Shown piece after piece: positions 33,529 to 41,062 of a stretch of 64,000 bases of DNA; positions within the stretch are counted from its first letter, which is position 1, and each line of letters begins with the position of its first letter. Both the position numbers and the translations under genes were made by a program. Origin of the DNA: a candidate division FCPU426 bacterium (GTDB taxonomy: Bacteria > Oederibacteriota > Muellerivitia > Muellerivitales > Muellerivitaceae); the NCBI GenBank assembly GCA_963796105.1, contig CAWCKJ010000006.1:96001-160000 (forward strand). Direction: 5' to 3'. Under the pieces are notes generated by a model. That model did no database searches. It saw only the letters and a list, made by a program, of their open reading frames with translations, and had not been told where the DNA came from.

Positions 33529-35046
33529 TTTCTCGTTTAAGCCGTTGGCTCCCACGCTAACGGCTTCTTTATTGGAGTTTCCCAAGTTCGAAACCGCAAT
33601 CAGCTCAAAGGGTTGGCGGAAATTAACTGATAATTTCCCCTCTTTCCAGGAACTTTGCGCAAAGAAAGACGAAACCAACCGCCTTTTCTCGATTGGGTTT
33701 TGCTCCATGAATGTTTTATGGGACTTGGAAGCCATTTCCAAAAGCTTGATTCCTTCGTCCAGGTAGTTATAGTTTGCTTTTTGGTGGGCGTGAATGGTTT
33801 CCATGATTTTTTCCATTTCCGCTTTCCAATCCTTCGATTTACGGTCAAAGAATTCTTGGGTTATCTTTCCATCCAGTTTGTCCTCGTACATGGTATCTAT
33901 ACGGCCTTGAATCTTGGTTGATTCGGCTTGTAGGCGGCTTATTGCCTCGTTATGGAAGGTTTTTTCGTCCTTGTGGCTTGATTTAAGGGCATTAACGATT
34001 AGTTCCAATACCTTGTCATCAATCTCCAAGGCTTTAAGGCTGGTTACGAATTCCTTTTCGAGGGTTTCTTCCCGTGTGTAGGGTTCAGGGCATTTACCTT
34101 TCCAGCCCGTGCAATGGTAATAAACATATTTACCTTTCTTGAGTTCTCCCACCATTAAACAACCGCAATGACCGCAAGTAACAAGCCCGGCATAGCAAAA
34201 GTTATGCTTGGATTTTTTAGACTTGCTTTGGTTTCGTTTATCCAAAATATTTTGAACTTGGTTCCATAGTTCCTTGGAAATGATAGGTTCATGGTTTCCC
34301 TTGTAGGTAATCCCTTTCCAATCGAAATCCCCGCAATAGGTTCTCGTTCGAAGCATTCTATGGATGGAGGAAACGGGTAAAGGTTTCTTGCTTCTTCGAA
34401 ATACCAATCCCGAATTTTTGAATTCCTGGGTTATTTCTTTCAAAGAATAATCCCCGGTAGCGTATTCTTGGAATAGCTTGGCGATTATTGGGGCGTATTG
34501 GAGGTCTATTTCGATGATCTTCTTCCCATTTGCCCCTGTTATGTTTTTAAACCCAATAGGGGCAACGGAAGGCCAAATTCCTTCTTCCGCTTTTTCCTTT
34601 AAGCCTTTCTTGGCTTCCTCCGAAAGGTTGTCTATATAGTGCTTTGCCATTACCACCTTGATTCCATGAATGAGCTTTTCATTAGACCGGGAATTGGGGG
34701 AAATAAGGGTGTTTTCCTTTACTAGGTAAATTTCCAAGCCTAGTTCATCCAAAGTAACCCAATCTTTCAAATTCCGGTAAAGGCGGTCTGTTTTTTCGAC
34801 TAAGAGGGTTTTATAGGAAGGGTTTTTCTTGAAGAAGGTTATTAAGCTATCGAAACCTTCCCGGCCTGATACCTTGGCGGTTTCTACGTCTCCGAATTCC
34901 TGAATGATTTCATAACCGTTATTAAAGGCGAAATCCCTTAATAGCTTGTATTGGGCTTGAATAGAGAAACCTTCCTTTTCCTGTTCCTTGGAAGAAACAC
35001 GGACATAGAGGACGGCTTTCTTGGGGGAGTTACTTGGAAGGTTCAT
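33514..35046 (-). CDS. large serine recombinase (resolvase + recombinase + zinc-ribbon domains)
   Basis: YVRVSSKEQ, EKTDRLYRN, GIWPSVAPIG, HEPIIS, CGHCG, YYHC; last codons overlap the tRNA 3' end on the opposite strand. Confidence 0.96.
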   Translation of the reverse strand: MNLPSNSPKKAVLYVRVSSKEQEKEGFSIQAQYKLLRDFAFNNGYEIIQEFGDVETAKVSGREGFDSLITFFKKNPSYKTLLVEKTDRLYRNLKDWVTLDELGLEIYLVKENTLISPNSRSNEKLIHGIKVVMAKHYIDNLSEEAKKGLKEKAEEGIWPSVAPIGFKNITGANGKKIIEIDLQYAPIIAKLFQEYATGDYSLKEITQEFKNSGLVFRRSKKPLPVSSIHRMLRTRTYCGDFDWKGITYKGNHEPIISKELWNQVQNILDKRNQSKSKKSKHNFCYAGLVTCGHCGCLMVGELKKGKYVYYHCTGWKGKCPEPYTREETLEKEFVTSLKALEIDDKVLELIVNALKSSHKDEKTFHNEAISRLQAESTKIQGRIDTMYEDKLDGKITQEFFDRKSKDWKAEMEKIMETIHAHQKANYNYLDEGIKLLEMASKSHKTFMEQNPIEKRRLVSSFFAQSSWKEGKLSVNFRQPFELIAVSNLGNSNKEAVSVGANGLNEKWLGD

Positions 35047-35236
35047 TTGGTTTTACCTCGGAAACTTTCATTTTAATTTTCGGTTTCCTCAAACCATTTC
35101 GAATAGTGGAAACCGTCCAGCTTTGAATGGTGGTTTGTAATTCAGCTACCCGGATTTTAAGCCGGGAATGGAGTTTAGGGGAAAGCCTAATGTGAATAAG
35201 CTTTCCTTTTTTTCTCCAAAAATTCACATTTCGCAT
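35030..35236 (-). CDS. ribbon-helix-helix (Arc/HicB-like) DNA-binding protein
   Basis: KLIHIRLSPKLHSRLKIRVAE pattern; overlaps the recombinase start. Confidence 0.65.
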   Translation of the reverse strand: MRNVNFWRKKGKLIHIRLSPKLHSRLKIRVAELQTTIQSWTVSTIRNGLRKPKIKMKVSEVKPNEPSK

Positions 35237-35307
35237 ATTTAACCTTTACTAAGGCCAAAAACGGAAAGTCTTGGCTATAAATGTAGCCATTTCTTTCTTT
35301 TTTCGGC

Positions 35308-35487
35308 CTACTTGCAGGGGTTTTGAGGTGTTTTTGATTGTTCCCAATCCTGGAGGACGTGGAAAAAGTTCACGAGGTTGTCCACGATCTGCCTACCGTC
35401 CTCCCTGGTTAATTTCCGGGAGGTACGGGGCTGGAAAACCCCTAAAGCTTGGTCAATGAGTTGTTCTTTCGTGAAAACTTTTTCCAT
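35308..35487 (-). CDS. 59-aa hypothetical protein upstream of the recombinase (absent from the ORF track)
   Basis: ATG 35487 to TAG 35308: MEKVFTKEQLIDQALGVFQPRTSRKLTREDGRQIVDNLVNFFHVLQDWEQSKTPQNPCK, co-oriented with RHH and recombinase. Confidence 0.7.
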   Translation of the reverse strand: MEKVFTKEQLIDQALGVFQPRTSRKLTREDGRQIVDNLVNFFHVLQDWEQSKTPQNPCK

Positions 35488-35536
35488 GACGCACCAAGAA
35501 TTAAAATTATTTCTTGACGCAAGGATACGGCAAGCA

Positions 35537-35575
35537 GGGGGGAACTACGGGGGGTAAAAAGGGGAAAGTTAGGGG
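35537..35575 (+). repeat. phased G-tract array 1
   Basis: G runs starting at 35537, 35549, 35561, 35572. Confidence 0.7.
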
Positions 35576-35597
35576 AAAATGAAATGAGTAGGAAAGG

Positions 35598-36095
35598 TTA
35601 GGACAAGTTCAAACTGTAATAACCTTTACCGATAGGAACCACCAATTTTTTCCAAGCCGGGGATTTCTTGAATACGTCTTTCAGCTTTTTGCTACAAATA
35701 CCTAAATCCTCAAGAAGAATATCTTGGTGAAGTTTGGTTATTCCTTTCTTGAGGTTTTCCCATAGCCTGTTAATTACACGGCCTTGGGTAAAGGTACAAA
35801 GATATTCGGTGTTTTTGGTTTTAACCGTTCTAAAGTCCTCGGATTGGAAGAAAACAGGGCTTAAGGCAGATTCTTTGGAAACGGGAGGTTCAGGGGTTAC
35901 ATCAATAACCGGTTTTTCCGGTTTCTGGTTGGAATTTGAATTTAGTTTTTTTGTAATCTCATCTAAGGTTTCTTGAAGATGGTAAAGTTTGTAAATTAGA
36001 TAGGCAATACCCCCAATAATGGCTAATACCCCAGCTATTATTCCTGCTATTAACCACCCATTAATGTTTTTGCTTTGTATTGCAATTGCTGGCAT
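35598..36095 (-). CDS. single-TM protein with coiled coil and C-terminal wHTH-like domain
   Basis: GGAGGT RBS before ATG 36095; TM WLIAGIIAGVLAIIGGIAYLIY; C-terminal TQGRVINRLWE...LKDVFKKSPAWKKLV...KGYYSLNL. Confidence 0.7.
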   Translation of the reverse strand: MPAIAIQSKNINGWLIAGIIAGVLAIIGGIAYLIYKLYHLQETLDEITKKLNSNSNQKPEKPVIDVTPEPPVSKESALSPVFFQSEDFRTVKTKNTEYLCTFTQGRVINRLWENLKKGITKLHQDILLEDLGICSKKLKDVFKKSPAWKKLVVPIGKGYYSLNLS

Positions 36096-36247
36096 GGAAA
36101 ACACCTCCCCAAATGATATTAATCGTGCAGAGAACAAGCGTATACCTTTGGGTGTTTTGTGTCAAGTTTTGAGCCCTAAGAATTTATTGGATGGACTTTA
36201 AATGAACTGTTAAACAAAATGCCGGTGTTTGAGTTTTGATAACTCAT

Positions 36248-36309
36248 GGGGGAGTTATTCTTGTGGGGGGATTAATAGCTTGGGAAGTTATTCATAGGGG
36301 GGAGTTATT
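36248..36309 (+). repeat. four imperfect GGGGGAGTTATT-like direct repeats, ~16-17 bp period
   Basis: copies near 36248, 36265, 36282, 36298. Confidence 0.6.
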
Positions 36310-36358
36310 AATAGGTCTGATGCCCTTTTAACTAGGTGGTTAAGCTATTTTATATATG

Positions 36359-36376
36359 CAAATGATATATCATTTG
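36359..36376. promoter_or_regulatory. perfect 18-bp palindrome, putative operator
   Basis: CAAATGATATATCATTTG. Confidence 0.5.
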
Positions 36377-36496
36377 ATGCAAAATTCTGTTTTTGAATAT
36401 CGAAATCAAACAGTAAATACCTTAGAAGCTATTGAGTAACTCTTTTAATAACTAAAAGAGGTAATAGATAGGTGATGAACCTCTTTTGGATGTGAT

Positions 36497-36816
36497 AAAC
36501 CCATCAAACCCATTACCCATAAACCCATAACCCACCCTAAACCCATTCTTAGAATCCCATTCTTAAGAATGCCATTCTTAAGAATCCCATTCGGTATGGC
36601 TTAAAAGACTTTATTTATAGGTTTATTAACCTATAACCCACCCTAAACCTATTCTCAGAATCCCATTCTTAAGAATCCCATTCTTAGACACCCATTCTTA
36701 AGAATCCCATTCGGTATGGCTTAAAAGACTATATTTATAGGTTTATTAACTCATAACCCACCCTAAACCCATTCTTAGAATGCCATTCTTAGAATCCCAT
36801 TCTCAGAAACCCATTA
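36497..36816 (+). repeat. hierarchical iteron-like repeat array
   Basis: units starting ATAACCCACCCTAAA at 36527, 36633, 36753, each containing 3-4 CCCATTCTT(A)AGAAT subrepeats. Confidence 0.92.
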
Positions 36817-36841
36817 CTCACCGATCTATTTAGATTGGTTA

Positions 36842-36891
36842 GGGGAGGTTTGAGGGGGAAAAAAGGGGGATTAAAGGGGGAATATTCGGGG
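36842..36891 (+). repeat. phased G-tract array 2
   Basis: G4-G5 runs at 36842, 36854, 36865, 36876, 36888. Confidence 0.75.
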
Positions 36892-36930
36892 AATTTCATC
36901 ATGATATGGCCGTAATTTAACAATTCACTT

Positions 36931-36939
36931 TGTTATAAT
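36931..36939 (+). promoter_or_regulatory. extended -10 promoter of the cargo operon
   Basis: TGTTATAAT about 40 nt upstream of the MNT ATG. Confidence 0.55.
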
Positions 36940-36979
36940 GATCAAAAGCTATCTAGTTATCTTTCGATGGGATAAGGAA

Positions 36980-37282
36980 ATGCCTACTCAAATCGCAATT
37001 AACAAACAAATAATCACTGATTTTTGCCGCCGAAATCATATTCTTAAACTTTCCCTTTTTGGGTCGGTTTTGACCGGCCAGTTTAAGCCGGAAAGTGATG
37101 TTGACGTATTGATGGTTTACGACCCCCAATTTCCGGTTGGTTTTCGAATTTTCAGGATGGAAGAGGAACTTTCGAAACTGTTTGATGGCCATAAAGTGGA
37201 TATTGTGAATGAAAAATACATTAATCCCCGGATGAGGGAACAGGTTTTGACGGAGGCTGAAGTTCTCTATGCCCAAAAATGA
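36980..37282 (+). CDS. minimal nucleotidyltransferase antitoxin (MntA-like)
   Basis: LFGSV......SDVD (GSX10DXD) motif; AAGGA RBS. Confidence 0.9.
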   Translation: MPTQIAINKQIITDFCRRNHILKLSLFGSVLTGQFKPESDVDVLMVYDPQFPVGFRIFRMEEELSKLFDGHKVDIVNEKYINPRMREQVLTEAEVLYAQK

Positions 37283-37601
37283 AAAAATATATTTGGGTCA
37301 TATGTTGGATATGGCGCAGAAATCCATCGATGCTTTAAAAGACAAATCACGTTCACAATTCGATCAAGACGAAATTCTAAAGACGGCTGTTTCACATTTC
37401 ATTCAAACGATTGGGGAAGCGGCCTCAAAAGTGTCAAAAGAGTTCAAGGAACAAAACCCCGGTATTCCTTGGGATGATATTATTGGGATGCGCCAAAAGA
37501 TTGTTCACGACTATATGGCGGTTGACTTTGATATTGTTTGGGATGCCGTAAAGACAGAACTTCCTTCCCTTTTGGAAAAACTCAAGAAAATAGCTGTTTA
37601 A
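37269..37601 (+). CDS. HEPN/DUF86 (HepT-like) ribonuclease toxin
   Basis: IGEAA, IPW..IIGMRQKIVHDY (RX4HXY); overlaps MNT. Confidence 0.92.
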   Translation: MPKNEKIYLGHMLDMAQKSIDALKDKSRSQFDQDEILKTAVSHFIQTIGEAASKVSKEFKEQNPGIPWDDIIGMRQKIVHDYMAVDFDIVWDAVKTELPSLLEKLKKIAV

Positions 37602-37651
37602 TTATCCTGTGTTTTTCCCACCTCTCTTTCTTAAATGTTAGAATGTTGGTC

Positions 37652-40549
37652 ATGTCAGCCCCAAAAGAAATCCTAGACCTAGTAGAACGGTTCAACCGCA
37701 ACCGGGAAGAATACCAATCCGGGAAATACAACGAAACGCAATTAAGACAAGAATTCCTTAACCCGTTTTTTAAGGCTTTGGGGTGGGATGTCACCAACGA
37801 AAAGGGCTATTCCGAGGCATACAAGGAAGTTATTCACGAGGACGCTATTAAGATAGGGGCGGCCACCAAAGCCCCGGATTATTGTTTCCGTATTGGTGGA
37901 ACTAGAAAGTTTTTCGTAGAAGCCAAGAAACCTTCCATCAATATCAAGGATGATTTTAACCCCGCTTTTCAGCTTCGCCGTTACGCTTGGTCCGCCAAAC
38001 TTCCCTTAAGCATTTTGACAGACTTTGAAGAATTTGCCGTTTACGATTGCCGCATCAAGCCCCATAAAACCGATAAGCCTACTACAGGCCGAAATCTTTA
38101 TTTCACATTCGATCAATATTCCGAAAAATGGGAAGAAATCGCCGCTATTTTTTCCCAAGATGCAGTCCTTAAAGGTTCATTTGATAAGTTTGCCGATTCC
38201 GGCAAGGGTAAAAAAGGAACTACAACGGTTGACGAGGCTTTCCTGGAAGAAATCGAAAAATGGCGCAAGGAACTAGCTAAAAATATAGCCGTTAAGAATT
38301 CAAAACTTTCCGTTCAAGAACTTAATTATTCCGTCCAAAAGATTATAGACCGGATTATTTTCCTTCGAATTTGTGAAGACCGGGGTATTGAGCAATATGG
38401 AAAACTTTTGTCCCTGATTAATGGGGCAAAAGTTTATGACCGCCTAACCCAAGTTTTTCAAAGGGCAGATGAAAGATATAATTCCGGCCTATTCCATTTC
38501 CAAAAAGAAAAAGACAGGCCGGAACAACCGGATGAACTGACTTTAGACCTAAAGATTGATGATAAAATTTTCCAAGACATGATCGGGGGTCTTTACTACC
38601 CCGAAAGTCCTTACGAATTTTCAGCACTTCCGGCAGATATTTTAGGGCAGGTTTATGAGCAATTTTTGGGGAAGGTTATCCGCCTAACGGAAGGCCACCA
38701 AGCCAAGGTGGAGGACAAGCCGGAAGTTAAAAAAGCCGGTGGAGTCTATTACACGCCTACTTATATCGTTGAATATATCGTAAAAAATACCGTTGGAAAA
38801 CTTTGTGAAGGTAAAACCCCCAAACAAGTTTCAAAGCTTCGGATTTTAGATCCTGCTTGCGGCTCGGGTTCTTTTCTTATTGGGGCTTATCAATATCTTT
38901 TGGATTGGCATAGGGATTGGTATGTAAATGACAATCCACAAAATCACCAAAAGGAGCTTTACCAAGGCCCTGGTGGTGATTGGCGTTTAACAACAGATAC
39001 CCGTAAGAAAATTCTTTTAAATAATATTTTTGGCGTGGATATAGACACGCAAGCAGTTGAAGTCACCAAGCTTTCACTTCTTTTGAAAGTTTTGGAAGGA
39101 GAATCTGACCAAACCTTAAAGAAGCAACTAGAGATTTTCCATCAAAGAGCCCTTCCGGATTTAGGAAGTAATGTTAAATGCGGAAATAGTTTAATAGGTC
39201 CGGATTATTTTTCGGGGCAATTATTAACGGATGTAAATGACATGAGACGAGTAAATCCATTTGATTGGGATGCTGGATTTTCAGAAATTTTAAATTTAGG
39301 TGGGTTTGATTGTGTAATAGGTAATCCCCCCTATGGAGCACTCCTTGATAACTATGAAGAAGAGTATTTATCAAATATTTATGTCACAACAGGTAAGGAT
39401 GTCGATACTTATTCCTTGTTTATTGAAAAAGCTACGAGGTTGATAAAAAGCGATGGAATGATATCAATGATCGTGCCAACGGGCTGGTATAGCAGTGAAA
39501 AATACCACAAGCTAAGACAATTTATCATATGCGAAACTGACCCGAAAGTTTTTGTGAACTTACCATATGATGTTTTTAAGGCATGGGTTGATACAAGTAT
39601 CTTTGTACTAGAGAAAAGAAAATCAAGTCTCCAATGGCCGAGAAAAGAATCTGGAATTGTTTCTATTAAGACATTTCCTAAGCGTTTAAAAATCAGGAAT
39701 ATTATTGAATTTGAGGAAAATATAAAAGAGGTAGATATAAAAAATTGGTTTGAAGATGGAAATGATTCTTTTCTGACGTTTGTTGATAATTTTGAAACGG
39801 AATTGATGAGTAAAATTCTTAAAGCTAGTAAACCATTGTCAGAATTTGCCGACGTTCAAAGAGGTGTGACACCGTTCGCGCTTACCGATAAACCGACCCA
39901 TAAAAATAGTAAACCTGCTTTTGATGGCACTGTCCGACGTTATAAAGTTGCGAAAGGCAAGAATAAATTCATCAGATTTGATGAAACATTAGCCGAATTT
40001 AAACCGGAAAGATATTTTAAGGGTGAGAGAATATTGTTAAGGGAGTTAATAAGTCGTCAATACCGGATACAAGCGGTAATGGTTAAAAAAGATTTTATTA
40101 CGAATAAGTCAATGCAAAGCATTTTGCCAATAAAAAGCGGACCCGATTTAAAATATTTATTGGGAATAATTAACAGTAAGCTGATTTCATGGTTTTTCTT
40201 AAATCGTTCTCATGTGGCGCAAAGAGATGACTTCCCTAAGATAGTATTAAAAGAAACGCGATCATTGCCAATACATGAAACATCATTTTCTGATGGAATA
40301 TTTGTACAAAGATATAAAGTGTTAAATGGCCAAGTTGAAGAATTATTATTTTTGAATGATAAATTGTTAGTTGCAAAAAGCTCCGAAGAAAAAGAATTAT
40401 TTCTTAGGAAAATAGATTTGTTGGAAAGCCAAATTAATGAGATTGTTTTTAAAATATATGAGTTATCTGAAAAAGAAATAAGTTTGATTAATTGTTTTTT
40501 TGATTCCTTGTTGAAAAAGGATACTAAGTTGAATATTAAAAGGGTTTGA
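37652..40549 (+). CDS. type IIG-like fused restriction-modification enzyme (nuclease + N6-adenine MTase + TaqI_C-like TRD)
   Basis: PDY...FVEAKK (PD-ExK), YYTP, LDPACGSGSF, IFGVDID, IGNPPY, LGIINSKL. Confidence 0.9.
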   Translation: MSAPKEILDLVERFNRNREEYQSGKYNETQLRQEFLNPFFKALGWDVTNEKGYSEAYKEVIHEDAIKIGAATKAPDYCFRIGGTRKFFVEAKKPSINIKDDFNPAFQLRRYAWSAKLPLSILTDFEEFAVYDCRIKPHKTDKPTTGRNLYFTFDQYSEKWEEIAAIFSQDAVLKGSFDKFADSGKGKKGTTTVDEAFLEEIEKWRKELAKNIAVKNSKLSVQELNYSVQKIIDRIIFLRICEDRGIEQYGKLLSLINGAKVYDRLTQVFQRADERYNSGLFHFQKEKDRPEQPDELTLDLKIDDKIFQDMIGGLYYPESPYEFSALPADILGQVYEQFLGKVIRLTEGHQAKVEDKPEVKKAGGVYYTPTYIVEYIVKNTVGKLCEGKTPKQVSKLRILDPACGSGSFLIGAYQYLLDWHRDWYVNDNPQNHQKELYQGPGGDWRLTTDTRKKILLNNIFGVDIDTQAVEVTKLSLLLKVLEGESDQTLKKQLEIFHQRALPDLGSNVKCGNSLIGPDYFSGQLLTDVNDMRRVNPFDWDAGFSEILNLGGFDCVIGNPPYGALLDNYEEEYLSNIYVTTGKDVDTYSLFIEKATRLIKSDGMISMIVPTGWYSSEKYHKLRQFIICETDPKVFVNLPYDVFKAWVDTSIFVLEKRKSSLQWPRKESGIVSIKTFPKRLKIRNIIEFEENIKEVDIKNWFEDGNDSFLTFVDNFETELMSKILKASKPLSEFADVQRGVTPFALTDKPTHKNSKPAFDGTVRRYKVAKGKNKFIRFDETLAEFKPERYFKGERILLRELISRQYRIQAVMVKKDFITNKSMQSILPIKSGPDLKYLLGIINSKLISWFFLNRSHVAQRDDFPKIVLKETRSLPIHETSFSDGIFVQRYKVLNGQVEELLFLNDKLLVAKSSEEKELFLRKIDLLESQINEIVFKIYELSEKEISLINCFFDSLLKKDTKLNIKRV

Positions 40550-40552
40550 AAC

Positions 40553-41053
40553 TTGCGTAATAAATATGAATGGAAAAGTTCTAGTATCAAAGTTTTTATA
40601 AGTTCTTCAATGAAGAATGATCTTCATATGGAACGTCGTGCTGCCGTTCATGCTTTTTTTGAACGCATGCCAATGTATGAATGTTTTGTAATCGAAGAAA
40701 CGGCGAGCCCTGATGATGTTGAAACTCGATATACAGATAAAGTTTTATGGGCAGACATAATAATATTAATTCTATCGGATACTTTAAGTAAGGCAGTCTG
40801 CCAAGAATATCAAACCGCTTTAACTCAAAAGAAACGAATATTTACTTTTATTAATAATGGCATAACTGACCCGGAACTTAATAAATTTATTAAATCGGAA
40901 ATCGAAAAAACTGTTACGTACACAACATTTAACAATTTACGTGATTTGATCGACAAAATTGAAAAAAGTCTTTTGGATGATTTGGCACTTTCGTACAGAA
41001 AATGGATTGCCTTTGAAGCTGGAAAAAATAAACCATATGTTGATCCGGTTTAA
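40553..41053 (+). CDS. DUF4062 (TIR/NDT-like fold) protein
   Basis: KVFISS...DL..ER, ADIIILIL, V.QEYQTA; start codon uncertain. Confidence 0.78.
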   Translation: MRNKYEWKSSSIKVFISSSMKNDLHMERRAAVHAFFERMPMYECFVIEETASPDDVETRYTDKVLWADIIILILSDTLSKAVCQEYQTALTQKKRIFTFINNGITDPELNKFIKSEIEKTVTYTTFNNLRDLIDKIEKSLLDDLALSYRKWIAFEAGKNKPYVDPV

Positions 41054-41062
41054 GGAAAACAA

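Noticed and set aside
33584..33593. AAGTTCGAAA inside the recombinase gene, matching the attP arm motif
   Set aside because: About 50 bp from the core, too far for a symmetric half-site; may be chance
35271..35459. + strand 62-aa ORF and the GGAGGACG/CGTCCTCC inverted repeat
   Set aside because: Better explained by the co-oriented - strand 59-aa ORF at 35308-35487
36497..36816. CRISPR array
   Set aside because: Inter-repeat blocks are near-identical rather than unique spacers, and there are no cas genes in the window
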